From assembly GCA_041656115.1 (NCBI GenBank), contig JBBAED010000002.1, positions 82,403 through 146,402 of the forward strand: a stretch of 64,000 nt of DNA, in the 5' to 3' direction. Origin of the DNA: Dehalococcoidales bacterium (GTDB lineage Bacteria > Chloroflexota > Dehalococcoidia > Dehalococcoidales > UBA5627). This document shows, one piece after another, positions 46,963 to 56,682 of this stretch; the first letter of the stretch is position 1, and each line of letters begins with the position of its first letter. The position numbers and the translations under genes are program-made. The notes under the pieces were generated by a model that searched no databases, was not told the DNA's origin, and saw only the letters and a list, made by a program, of their open reading frames with translations.

Positions 46963-48915
46963 CTAATTTTCTTCGTGATTATGACTAACCGGTAAAGACA
47001 CTCTAAAGGTAGTGCCTTCACCCTCTTTACTTTGTATCTCTATTTTCCCGTTGTGGCGTTGGATAATACCGTAAGATATCGCTAAACCCAACCCCACCCC
47101 CTTTTGGTCTTTTTTAGTCGAAAAGAAGGGGGTAAAAAGTTTCTTCATATTTTCCGGGGATATCCCAACCCCCGTATCATTTACCTCAACCAGCACTTGG
47201 TCATCTATCGGTAATGTGCGAATAGTTAAAATCCCACCGTCGGGCATAGCCTGAATTGCATTCATTATCAGATTAGTGCAAACCTGTTGAATTTGCCCGA
47301 AATCGGCAACAATCTTCGGCAAATCCGCCGAAAGTTCTTTTATCACTTTTATATTTTGTATTTCTGCCGAGTGGATACCAAGATCGTAACTTCTATCAAT
47401 AATTTCATTGACATCCACTTCCCAAAATTCGGGAACCGATTGCCTGGAAAAATCAAGCAAACTTCTAACCAACTTAGTGCTGCGATTGAGCTCAGTTTCC
47501 ATTTTGGAAAGGTAATCAAGAGCAACATCAATACTGTAATTACCGCTCTTGAGTTTTCTGGACATAAGCTGAGTATAGATTAGAACACCCGATAACGGGT
47601 TGTTAATCTCATGGGCGACAGAGGCCGCCAACTGCCCCAGTGAAGTCATTTTTTCGGCTTGGATTAAACCCTCCTGCGTTTCTTGCATGTTTTTATGCAA
47701 ATACGGCCAACACATTTCAATTTCAGCCAACTTATCGCAAACGGCGATTGCCAGCTCGCGACAAGTGCTGTACCCGCAAGCGCCGCAATTAAATTGCTCT
47801 TCGGGGTTGTTTCTGTTAATTTTATTTAAGACGGCTTCAATTTCTGCCTCACTCGGAAGGACTATCCTACCATTTTGATTTGTAAATTGTCGGGATAAGT
47901 CAATGTCGGCATATTCTTTAATGTCTTGCTCGGTTTTTTCCGGTTGCGATGTTTTAACGGCATAGCGAGCAACAAGTTCCTCGCGCCTGTAAATACTTAA
48001 ACCGTTATCTATCACCGGCCCGCTTACACACCCATGGCAAAAATAAAGGTTAATTAATTTGGTATTTATTTTGCCTAAGGCAAACTCCTTAAGAATTTTG
48101 CTAACAGCCCCTCGACCGTTAGCGTTAATAACCTCGCTTTTAAGAATATCATCGGATAATCCCGCCAGTTTTGCCAAGCCACCTGAAACAGACATTAACC
48201 TCCCCAAATTGGGTGTCGGCCCGTCAAATTCGGATGAAGCCTCATCTTCAGGAATAATTTCTTTGGTTGCAAACATTTCTTTAAGCTCGGCAAAAGTTAA
48301 AACCGCATCAATCACACCGATATTACCGGGCTTACGCGCCTCATCTTTTTTAGCCACACATGGTCCGATAAAAACAACTTTAGCAGATTTATTGTAGCGA
48401 TTTTTAATCAATCTGCCGGTTGCAATGGTCGGTGACACAATGTGTGCCATGTGGTCGATTAGGTCGGGATAGTACTTTTCAACAAAATTTACGACAGCCG
48501 GACAATTCGAAGAAATAATCGGTCTATCCGTTTGTGTAACGATTAATTTCTTATATTCCCTGCCTATTAACTCAGCCCCGAAAGAATCCTCCATCACTTC
48601 GTTAAAACCAAGTTTTTTAAGTGCCGACACCAAACTGCCCGGCTCGGCCTCGGGCATTGCCGCAGGAAAAGATGAGGAAACTACCGCTATCAAGTGATTA
48701 TCCTTGTTACTTAGCAACTGCCATACCAAATCAATATCACTCTCTACCTTTTTTGCACCGGTAGCACAAACCTTTAAGCAGCTTCCACAGACAATGCAAC
48801 GCTCCTGTATTACTTGCGCTAAAAGATCTTCTACTTTAATCGCTTTAACAGGACAGCTGCGTATACAAGCATAACAGCTTTTGCACTTATCTTTTTCTGT
48901 GTATATAATGCTCAT
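46963..48915 (-). CDS. Sensor histidine kinase with an [FeFe]-hydrogenase-like (HydS-type) Fe-S sensory module
   Basis: 650 aa. Two 4Fe-4S ferredoxin motifs (C11xxC14xxC17xxxC21P; C40xxC43xxC46xxxC50). Fe-hydrogenase large-subunit-like domain with H-cluster-type motifs SSNC138P, GPC186VAKKDE, FC293HGC296VSGP. CGACGYSTC Fe-S motif. HisKA H-box SVAH435EINNPLSG. HATPase (DTGVGI, GVGLGL). No TM segment. Confidence 0.8.
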   Translation of the reverse strand: MSIIYTEKDKCKSCYACIRSCPVKAIKVEDLLAQVIQERCIVCGSCLKVCATGAKKVESDIDLVWQLLSNKDNHLIAVVSSSFPAAMPEAEPGSLVSALKKLGFNEVMEDSFGAELIGREYKKLIVTQTDRPIISSNCPAVVNFVEKYYPDLIDHMAHIVSPTIATGRLIKNRYNKSAKVVFIGPCVAKKDEARKPGNIGVIDAVLTFAELKEMFATKEIIPEDEASSEFDGPTPNLGRLMSVSGGLAKLAGLSDDILKSEVINANGRGAVSKILKEFALGKINTKLINLYFCHGCVSGPVIDNGLSIYRREELVARYAVKTSQPEKTEQDIKEYADIDLSRQFTNQNGRIVLPSEAEIEAVLNKINRNNPEEQFNCGACGYSTCRELAIAVCDKLAEIEMCWPYLHKNMQETQEGLIQAEKMTSLGQLAASVAHEINNPLSGVLIYTQLMSRKLKSGNYSIDVALDYLSKMETELNRSTKLVRSLLDFSRQSVPEFWEVDVNEIIDRSYDLGIHSAEIQNIKVIKELSADLPKIVADFGQIQQVCTNLIMNAIQAMPDGGILTIRTLPIDDQVLVEVNDTGVGISPENMKKLFTPFFSTKKDQKGVGLGLAISYGIIQRHNGKIEIQSKEGEGTTFRVSLPVSHNHEEN

Positions 48916-49191
48916 TTATGTAATACTCCGGCAAGCTTTTAAATTTGAAGGTAAGATGCTTGCCGCTTAACTTCGTTGGTTTTTAAAATCAAGAAACAGG
49001 CGCCCTGCAAAAGGCAGTACCTTTAGCGGCTGCCTTAGTGTTACAGGTTTTGCAGTCCGATAAATTAATTCTTTGTAACGGTATCATCATTTACAACCGC
49101 CCAATACAGAGTAATTCCTATCTTTAAATTGACTCAAAACCTATTTTTTATATCCGAATTGATGTGTTAACCCAAACTTATAACGTAAAGC

Positions 49192-49653
49192 CTAAGAAAC
49201 AGTATTTACTTCTTTTAATATCATATCGACAGCTAAAGGGATAGCCGCTTTGACATTCGGTGTGCACTCCTCGGTTAATGTTCTGACATCGGCCGCTTCG
49301 ATTCCGATAATATCTATCTGTGCCGGCATTTCCAGCCCCAGTCTCCTGCCAAGTTCAATCGCGGCAATAACACCGATATCATGGCTTGAAGTAGTATGGC
49401 AGGTATTATCGAACTCTTCCGGAGTCAAGCGATAGATACTACCGGGTTTACCGTCTTCTGTCGTAATGGCATCGACAATAATAGCCCGGTCGTAACCTAC
49501 CAAATAATCAAGCAAGCTAATGCCCGCTAAGCTAACCTCATCTAAGGCAACATCTGGATTGGATACCCTACCCTCAAGCTCTTTAATAACCTTTAATCCG
49601 GCGCTATCATCGCTCAGATAAGGGTTACCCAATCCTAAAATTAATGTCTTCAA
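49192..49653 (-). CDS. [NiFe]-hydrogenase maturation endopeptidase (HyaD/FrhD family)
   Basis: 153 aa. LILGLGNPYLSDDSAG...IIVDA...SSHDIG metal-ligand pattern (D16, D62, H93-like). Confidence 0.85.
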   Translation of the reverse strand: MKTLILGLGNPYLSDDSAGLKVIKELEGRVSNPDVALDEVSLAGISLLDYLVGYDRAIIVDAITTEDGKPGSIYRLTPEEFDNTCHTTSSHDIGVIAAIELGRRLGLEMPAQIDIIGIEAADVRTLTEECTPNVKAAIPLAVDMILKEVNTVS

Positions 49654-49666
49654 AATATTATGTAAT

Positions 49667-51124
49667 CTATTCCCAGCTTTTTACTATTTGTTTTTTATTG
49701 TCGTAAACATACATCGGCATCGCCGGATGTCCGGGTAAGTTATGACTGGCACAAGCCAAACATAAATCGTAGGGACGCCAAGCCATCTCGATTCGGTTTA
49801 ACAAACCTTCGGTTATTTCTTTACCCGGCTGAATTAAGGCTTGTGCAGCCTTGTTAACCGACATATTAACCGCAGCCCCGTTATTTACAGTTGCCACAAT
49901 TAAGTTGGCTTTCTTGATAACGGCATTTTCATCGGTGGTATAGTGATGAATCAAAGTGCCTCTGGGTGCCTCAACGATTCCCACGCCTTCACTCGGAGTG
50001 GCGGTCGGTATATTTCTCAAATCATCGCTTGTAATTTCAGGATCCGTACTCAAAGCGAGTAATGTTTCGGCAGCCTGAACAAGTTCAACCAAACGCGCCC
50101 AATGAATAGCCAAGGTATGATGAACCGGTTTTCCGCCCAGCGTATCATACAATTTTTCGTAGGCTTCTTGAGCTAACGGAGTAGCCATACCGTCTGAAGC
50201 GTTTAATCGGGCCATCGGGGCTACACGGAAAACACCGCTGTCATTTCCGTCAACAAAGCCCTTCCATCCCACTTTCTTCAGATACGGGAATTTAATGTAG
50301 CTCCATGGTTCGACATGTTCGGCAATGTGATCAAGGTAATCTTTAGGCTCAAATTTAGCAAACTCTTTGCCGTCGGGATCGACTACCCTTACCATACCGT
50401 CGTAAAAACTTACCTTATTATTTTCATCAACCAAGCCCATTGAATAGGTTCTATGGGTATAAGCATCGCTTACAATCATATCAACATATTCTTTGTTGGC
50501 AAGGACGATATCATCAAAAACCTTCAGCGACAATTTGCCGAATTCAATACAATCACGAGCAATTTGCTCTATTTGCTGACGCTCTTCTTCATTAAGGCCT
50601 CTGCTAACACCACCGGGCAGTGCAAAAACCGGATGAATGGCCCTGCCTGCCAACATTTCAATAACATGATGGCATTTTTTACGGGTATTAATAACCGCCC
50701 CGCCCAATTCCAGACCTACTTTACCGATAACACCGATAATATTGCGTTCGGCGACAGGCGCTTCCGGACCCATAATAAAATCAGGGCCGGCAAGGATATA
50801 AAAATGGGTGGTATGATCGGTTATAAAAAACGCATTATAAACAAGCTCGCGTAACTTACGCGCCGCACTGGTCGGCTGGACTTGAAACAGAGTGTCCAGT
50901 GTTTTAACCGAAGCCATATGATGCGCTTCGGGGCACACCCCACAAATTCTTTGCGTAATTTGCGGCATATCTTCGGCAAGCCTTCCTTCCGAGAACTTTT
51001 CAAATCCGCGCAATTCGGGGACTTGGAAATAACTGTTTTCTACCCTACCCTCATCGTTAAGGAAGATCTCAATTTTTCCGTGCCCTTCAAGCCTCGTAAT
51101 CGGATCAATACTTATTTTTTTCAT
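49667..51124 (-). CDS. mvhA: [NiFe]-hydrogenase large subunit, Mvh/group-3c-like
   Basis: 485 aa. N-terminal RLEGHGKIEI and RICGVCPEAHH (L1). C-terminal DLCLACASH (L2), followed by a 24-aa extension for protease cleavage. Clustered with mvhG, mvhD and hdrABC. Confidence 0.9.
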   Translation of the reverse strand: MKKISIDPITRLEGHGKIEIFLNDEGRVENSYFQVPELRGFEKFSEGRLAEDMPQITQRICGVCPEAHHMASVKTLDTLFQVQPTSAARKLRELVYNAFFITDHTTHFYILAGPDFIMGPEAPVAERNIIGVIGKVGLELGGAVINTRKKCHHVIEMLAGRAIHPVFALPGGVSRGLNEEERQQIEQIARDCIEFGKLSLKVFDDIVLANKEYVDMIVSDAYTHRTYSMGLVDENNKVSFYDGMVRVVDPDGKEFAKFEPKDYLDHIAEHVEPWSYIKFPYLKKVGWKGFVDGNDSGVFRVAPMARLNASDGMATPLAQEAYEKLYDTLGGKPVHHTLAIHWARLVELVQAAETLLALSTDPEITSDDLRNIPTATPSEGVGIVEAPRGTLIHHYTTDENAVIKKANLIVATVNNGAAVNMSVNKAAQALIQPGKEITEGLLNRIEMAWRPYDLCLACASHNLPGHPAMPMYVYDNKKQIVKSWE

Positions 51125-52092
51125 TAAACTCTGGCCCTCCTTAACACAGAATCAGGTAGACTGTAACGATAGAATGTCCCCGCAGGATCCCTGACACCTT
51201 CGGCAATCTTTGCGATTTCTTCAGGATCGTTTGAATCAATAACGGAAGCAATTGCATTCATAAAGTGCGCACCTTGGTCAATTACACCTTCAACGGGTCC
51301 GTAACAGCCGGTACACGGCATCCCCGCCTTGGGACATTTGGCTTCGCAACCGCCCCTGGTAGCGACACCGGCACAAGGTAACCCCTGTTCCAAAAGGCAT
51401 ATCTCGGGGTCGGCAACAATTTCGTAAGGCCTGTAAAATTTCTTAACCTTTTTAACATCACGCTTACGCGGGCATTCATCGCAAACCGCTTTGGCACTGC
51501 TTGTAATTACAGAGCCAACGGGGGGCAACTGGCCGCTGATTAATGCTTCTAAGGCCATCCACGTTGTTTCGGCTTCGGGAGGACAACCGGGAATAATATA
51601 TTCAACCGGAATCGTCTGAGCAAGTGTTTTAACGGTATTATACAATTCCGGTAATCTCAACTCGCCTTCCGGCGCCTGATAAGTCGTTTGGGGAAGAATT
51701 TTATTGGGATTATCGGTGGAAGGGGTTTCCAAAAAGGCCCTTTCCAAAATCATATCACGATTATACAGATTGGCTAAGCCCGGAATACCACCCTGATATG
51801 CACAGGCGCCAAAAGCAATCATTACTTTTGATTTTCGCCTCAGCAATTTAGCCATATGCTCCTGCTCGGTTGAGCGGATTGAACCGTTGAAAAGACAGAC
51901 GTCAATGCTTTTATCTTCCATTGCCTCAACGTCTTTATATTTAACGTCCATTGCCACCGGCCAAAAAACGATATCCACCGCCTCGATGAGTTTTAACAAA
52001 TTCTCAGCGATTTCAAGAGTGCCGATTTCACAACCGCCACAACTGGCTGCCCAATATAAAGCAACTTTTGGTTTAGCCATTATCTCCTCCAT
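51124..52092 (-). CDS. mvhG: [NiFe]-hydrogenase small subunit, MvhG-like
   Basis: 322 aa. Proximal-cluster motif AASCGGCEI...GACA...GCPP. Additional C-terminal Cys clusters (CDECPRK, CAGVATRGGCEAKCP, CTGCYGP). Confidence 0.85.
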   Translation of the reverse strand: MEEIMAKPKVALYWAASCGGCEIGTLEIAENLLKLIEAVDIVFWPVAMDVKYKDVEAMEDKSIDVCLFNGSIRSTEQEHMAKLLRRKSKVMIAFGACAYQGGIPGLANLYNRDMILERAFLETPSTDNPNKILPQTTYQAPEGELRLPELYNTVKTLAQTIPVEYIIPGCPPEAETTWMALEALISGQLPPVGSVITSSAKAVCDECPRKRDVKKVKKFYRPYEIVADPEICLLEQGLPCAGVATRGGCEAKCPKAGMPCTGCYGPVEGVIDQGAHFMNAIASVIDSNDPEEIAKIAEGVRDPAGTFYRYSLPDSVLRRARV

Positions 52093-52492
52093 CTCTGGGG
52101 AAAGGCCCCAATTTTTTAATTTTTTCAGTCATATCTTTTATAATCTCGGCAAACTTATCGCCTTCGGAAGCGGCGACCCAGTCAAGATGAATGCGATCGC
52201 TTTCGATTCCCATTTGTTCGGTTAACCTCTTTAGCATTTCCATGCGGCGCATTGTTTTTAGGTTACCCGAGTTATAATGGCAATCACCGGGGTGACATCC
52301 GAGTATAGCCACACCATCGGCTCCCGATTCCAGTGCTTTCAATATAAAAACCGGATCCACTCTTCCGCTGCACATTACCCTTACTATTCTGATGTTTGCA
52401 GGATACTTCTTTCTTGAAGTCCCCGCCAGGTCAGCCCCGGAATAGGAGCACCAGTTGCAGAGGATTCCCAGTATTTTAGGTTCAAAACTCAT
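52073..52492 (-). CDS. mvhD: Methyl-viologen-reducing hydrogenase delta subunit (MvhD)
   Basis: 139 aa. ILGILCNWCSYSGADLAG...VMCSGRVDP...GADGVAILGCHPGDCHY, typical of FlpD/MvhD. Confidence 0.85.
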   Translation of the reverse strand: MSFEPKILGILCNWCSYSGADLAGTSRKKYPANIRIVRVMCSGRVDPVFILKALESGADGVAILGCHPGDCHYNSGNLKTMRRMEMLKRLTEQMGIESDRIHLDWVAASEGDKFAEIIKDMTEKIKKLGPFPRDGGDNG

Positions 52493-55400
52493 GCTAACAC
52501 CCCCTCAATTTCAGCCAAAATCTGCTTGGTGGTAAAGTGATTGCTTGTTATTGCATCGCTGGGACAAGCCGATACACAAACACCACATCCTTTACAAAGG
52601 ACCGGGTTGATTTCGGATACCCGAGCACTTTCGTTATAGCTAATCGCACTGTACGGACACATCGTGTTACAAATACGACATCCGGAGCAAAGGTCCGCAA
52701 TAATTTCCGAAACGGCACCGTCAATCTCAACCTTGTTATTGCTAATCATCGCCAGTGCCCTGGCAGCGGCGGCCGAAGCCTGTGCAACCGTATCGGGGAT
52801 ATCTTTGGGTCCCTGGCAGCACCCGGCAATAAACACGCCGTCGGTCATTGTCGATATCGGATCAAGCTTGGGATGTTTCTCCAAGAAGAACCCGTCGGCT
52901 TTTTTGTTAAGCGACAAAACCTTACCGATTTGTTCGGCACCGTCGTTGGGTTCGATAGCACAGCTCAAGATAACCATATCCACCGGCAGCCTTCTCTTTT
53001 TACGTACCAGCGTATCTTCAACCATAACAACCAATTTGTCTTTTTCTTCGTCAATTTGAGGAATGTTGGTTATTTCAGCCGCACGCCCCCTAACAAACTT
53101 GACACCTTCATCTTGTAATCTCATATAGAATTCTTCGTATCCCAATCCGGGGCAACGCATATCGATGTATAACTGGTAAACTTCCACATCGGGCAGTTTT
53201 TCCTTTAGGAGGTGCGCATACTTGAGAGAGTACATACAACACACGCGCGAGCAATATTTGTGATAATTCTCATCACGGCTTCCCACGCAGTGGAGTATGG
53301 CAACACTCTTCGGTTTTTTACCGTTCTTTTTAACAACAACTCCGTCGGTGGGGCCTGAGGCATTTGAAAGCCTTTCAAATTCAAGACCCGTTAAAACATC
53401 GTCGAATCTTCTGTATCCGTAGGTATACATTACCTCGGGGTCAAATTGTTTAAGACCGGTGGCAACAACAATCGAGCCTATATCAACTTCAATTGTCTGC
53501 TCTCTCATTGAATGATCAATTGCATCCGGTTCACAGGCTTTAAGGCATAACATACATTCTGAACAAACGGAACAGTTCAAACACCTTCCGGCTTCATCAA
53601 TCGCTAATTCATTGTCATAGCCAAGTTCAACTTCATCAAAGTTGCCTTTTCTTTCTGATACGCCTAAGGTCGGCATAACCATTCTGGATTTTGCTTTGAC
53701 TTTGTCTTTATTGACTTCAAACTTCTTCGGCATCTGTTCGGCACGGCCTTCGCGTATATCCTGACCGCTTAAATATCTATCGATACTTTCGGCTGCGGCT
53801 TTTCCGGAAGCCATGGATGCAATCACATCCAACTGTCCGGCAACCACTTCGCCGCCGGCAAACACACCGGAAACATTGCTTTCCAGCGTAACCGGGTCAA
53901 CTTCCAAATAGCCCAATTCGCTAAATGCCATTTCTTTAGGTAAGCTGTCTTTATTAACATCCTGCCACATGGCATTGATTACATTACCGGCTTCAAGAAC
54001 AAACTCTTCGCCTTTTTGTGCCTTTGATTCGTTAACACATTTAACACCGCTTATTTTATCGCCATCGATAATTATCTCTTTAACCGATGTAAGGAACTTA
54101 AATTTAATCCCTTCGTTTTTGGCTTCCTCTACCTCGCTGCATGTAGCGGGGGTTTCGGATTCCGATTTTTTATAAAGGACGGTAACATCTTTGGCGCCCA
54201 ATCTCCAAGCCACTCTGGCCGACTCAACTGCCGTATTACCGCCGCCGACAACAACTACTTTATCGGAAACGACAACATCTTGACCCGAGTTAACTTTCTT
54301 TAAGAAATCCATCGCACCGAAGACATTGGCATTATCCTCACCGGGTACGCCCAATTTACGGTTAACACCGGCACCGGTACCCAAAAAGACTGCCTTGTAT
54401 CCTTGTTTAAACAGGCTTGCAATATCATTAACAGCAGTTCCTGTTTTTATTTCGACGCCTCTTTCTTTAAGATAGTCGATTTCAGTATCAACAATATTTT
54501 CCGGCAATTTAAAGTTGGGGATGCCGTATCGCATCAAGCCACCGGCTTTTTCATCTTTTTCAAAAACGGTAACAGCGTAGCCTTTCTTTAATAAATCGAA
54601 AGCGCAGGCAAGCCCGGAGGGGCCGGAACCGATTACAGCAACCTTTTCGGCCTTGGTTATTTCAAGCGGAGTCGCTTTTTCTCTGCCCATTTTTATTTCA
54701 TAATCGGCAACAAAGCGCTTAAGGTCACGAATGTTAATCCCGTCGTCAACGGTGGTTCGTTCGCATTCGGTTTCACAAGGGTGATTACAAACCCTGCCGA
54801 CAACACCGGCAAGAGGAATTGAATCACGAACCAAATCAAGAGCTTCCTTAAACTGACCCTTTGCAATAAGTGCAACATAGCCGTGGGCATTAACGCCGGC
54901 TGGACAAGCGACTCGGCAAGGGGATATTCCTTTTTTATTGATTACCGCTTTGTTAGGCACGGCATAAGGAGATTGAATATAAGTGGCACTGCGCAGGCTT
55001 AAGCCGACATCAAATTCGTTTTCAACCTTTACGGGACAAACCTTACTGCATTCGTCACAGCCGGTACATTTTGTTTCATCGACATAGCGCGCTTTTCTTT
55101 TTATTTTAGCTTTGAAGTTACCAACAAACCCGGTAACTTCTTCAACTTCACTGTAAGATAACAAGTCAATATTGGGGTGTTGCCCGACGCTGGTCATTTT
55201 GGGGGTGAGAATACAAGCGGAACAGTCTAACGTGGGGAATGTTTTATCAAACATCGCCATATGTCCGCCGATACTCGGCTCCTTCTCTACCAAATAAACC
55301 TTTTTACCGGCATCGGCAATTTCTAAGGCTGTTTGAATACCGGCGATACCGCCGCCGACAACCAAAACATTCGGATTTACCGAAACCTGTTTGCTTTGCA

Positions 55401-55800
55401 GAGGCTCATGATATTGAACACGGCTTACGGCAGCTTCAACCAATGCCTTCGCTTTTTCAGTCGCCATTTCTTTATCCGTATGCACCCAAGAACATTGCTC
55501 ACGAATATTAGCCATCTGGAAATAGTATTGGTTAATCCCGGCATCTTGTACCGCCCGACGGAAAGTCGGTTCATGCATGCGAGGAGAACAAGCAGCTACC
55601 ACTACCCTGTTCAATTTGTTTTCTTTAATATCGTTTTTAATAAGGTTTTGACCGGGGTCGGAACACATATATTTATAATTTCGTGCTACAACTACAGAAC
55701 CTAACCCTTTGGCGTACTCGGTAACTTCTTTGGTGTTGACCGTAGCCGAAATATTGGTTCCGCAGTCGCATATGTATACACCAATCCTTACTTCTTCCAT
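52489..55800 (-). CDS. hdrA: HdrA-like heterodisulfide reductase subunit A carrying an inserted GltD/NfnB-like NAD(P)H:FAD module
   Basis: 1103 aa. HdrA N-domain (VYICDCG...). FAD motif VVGGGIAGIQTALEIA plus TFPTLDCSACILTP. Ferredoxin CTGCDECSKVCP. Residues about 290-735 are a GltD-like block: CPAGVNAHGY...CNHPCETEC, VAVIGSGPSGLACA, AGGLMRYGIPNFKLP, VVVVGGGNTAVE. Then the rest of HdrA follows, with C-terminal 2x[4Fe-4S] (CSGCRICNTMCP, CKGCGVCVSACP). Confidence 0.85.
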   Translation of the reverse strand: MEEVRIGVYICDCGTNISATVNTKEVTEYAKGLGSVVVARNYKYMCSDPGQNLIKNDIKENKLNRVVVAACSPRMHEPTFRRAVQDAGINQYYFQMANIREQCSWVHTDKEMATEKAKALVEAAVSRVQYHEPLQSKQVSVNPNVLVVGGGIAGIQTALEIADAGKKVYLVEKEPSIGGHMAMFDKTFPTLDCSACILTPKMTSVGQHPNIDLLSYSEVEEVTGFVGNFKAKIKRKARYVDETKCTGCDECSKVCPVKVENEFDVGLSLRSATYIQSPYAVPNKAVINKKGISPCRVACPAGVNAHGYVALIAKGQFKEALDLVRDSIPLAGVVGRVCNHPCETECERTTVDDGINIRDLKRFVADYEIKMGREKATPLEITKAEKVAVIGSGPSGLACAFDLLKKGYAVTVFEKDEKAGGLMRYGIPNFKLPENIVDTEIDYLKERGVEIKTGTAVNDIASLFKQGYKAVFLGTGAGVNRKLGVPGEDNANVFGAMDFLKKVNSGQDVVVSDKVVVVGGGNTAVESARVAWRLGAKDVTVLYKKSESETPATCSEVEEAKNEGIKFKFLTSVKEIIIDGDKISGVKCVNESKAQKGEEFVLEAGNVINAMWQDVNKDSLPKEMAFSELGYLEVDPVTLESNVSGVFAGGEVVAGQLDVIASMASGKAAAESIDRYLSGQDIREGRAEQMPKKFEVNKDKVKAKSRMVMPTLGVSERKGNFDEVELGYDNELAIDEAGRCLNCSVCSECMLCLKACEPDAIDHSMREQTIEVDIGSIVVATGLKQFDPEVMYTYGYRRFDDVLTGLEFERLSNASGPTDGVVVKKNGKKPKSVAILHCVGSRDENYHKYCSRVCCMYSLKYAHLLKEKLPDVEVYQLYIDMRCPGLGYEEFYMRLQDEGVKFVRGRAAEITNIPQIDEEKDKLVVMVEDTLVRKKRRLPVDMVILSCAIEPNDGAEQIGKVLSLNKKADGFFLEKHPKLDPISTMTDGVFIAGCCQGPKDIPDTVAQASAAAARALAMISNNKVEIDGAVSEIIADLCSGCRICNTMCPYSAISYNESARVSEINPVLCKGCGVCVSACPSDAITSNHFTTKQILAEIEGVLA

Positions 55801-55815
55801 AATTTACGCTCTCCT

Positions 55816-56682
55816 TTACAGATATTTGGCCAGGATTTTATTCGGTTTGACGATATTTTTATTTAAGCCCAGTTTGTCTTCTTTTAACCCGAGCGCAAGA
55901 CCGATAAGCTGTGTAACAAACAATACCGGCAAATTAAAATTAGTATTGAATTTGCTGTTTACTTTGGCTTGATAGGCATCGAGGTTCATTTGACAAAGAG
56001 GACAAGGGGTAATCATACACTCCGCCCCACTTTCGACGGCGTTTTTAAACAGATCGTACATCAGTTGGAGACAAAGATCCTGCTCCGATATAACAGCCGA
56101 ACCGCCGCAACATTTACATTTGGAGGCGTAAGGGACAGCTATCGCTCCGACAGCCTCAACAATTTCATCCAACGCAATAGGATTTTCCGGATCGTCAAAA
56201 CCAAAACGCGGTCGCACTTCCTGGCACCCGGAATAAGGAGCAACTTTTAATCCGCTTAGGGGTTTTACAACTTTGGCAGCTATTTTCTGCGTTGTCATAT
56301 CGGACATTAAGACTTCAATCAATAACCTGACTTTAACAGAGCCGTTATATTCGAGACCGGCCGTCGCCAAGGCCTGATTGACCTTTGATTTTACCTCAGG
56401 CTTCATCATATGCACTCTGGCTTTGTTAAGGGTTACAAAACAAGAACTGCATGGGGTGACAAGGTCAAGTTTTGTTTTCTCGGCCAGCGCAAGATTACGA
56501 GCTGCGACGGCAATTGCTTCAAGTTCATCCAGCGAACCGTAAGGGGTTGAACCGCAACAGTTCCAATCTTCCAGTTCCTTTAACTCAATACCCAAGGCCT
56601 CCGCAATTGCTCGAGTTGAAATATCCAACCCAACCGCAGTAGCTTCCGATGAACAGCCGGGGAAATAAGTGTAGCTTTTCAT
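55816..56682 (-). CDS. hdrB: Heterodisulfide reductase subunit B (two CCG domains)
   Basis: 288 aa. Two CCG motifs (WNCCGS; CKCCGG) with the accompanying PCxxC patterns. Confidence 0.9.
   Translation of the reverse strand: MKSYTYFPGCSSEATAVGLDISTRAIAEALGIELKELEDWNCCGSTPYGSLDELEAIAVAARNLALAEKTKLDLVTPCSSCFVTLNKARVHMMKPEVKSKVNQALATAGLEYNGSVKVRLLIEVLMSDMTTQKIAAKVVKPLSGLKVAPYSGCQEVRPRFGFDDPENPIALDEIVEAVGAIAVPYASKCKCCGGSAVISEQDLCLQLMYDLFKNAVESGAECMITPCPLCQMNLDAYQAKVNSKFNTNFNLPVLFVTQLIGLALGLKEDKLGLNKNIVKPNKILAKYL

Noticed and set aside
48916-49191. Weak hairpin GGCAG-n12-CTGCC (49013-49034) with a short U-run on the minus strand, between the hydrogenase protease gene and the sensor kinase. It could be a terminator separating the two transcription units.
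   Set aside because: The stem is only 5 bp and the U-tract is short and interrupted. That is not strong enough to annotate, so it stays open whether the kinase is co-transcribed with the mvh/hdr operon.
49667-55800. Selenocysteine (in-frame TGA) in mvhA, mvhD or hdrA, as occurs in some Mvh/Vhu-Hdr systems.
   Set aside because: All three ORFs are continuous with Cys at the relevant motifs. No in-frame TGA interruption or split gene is present.
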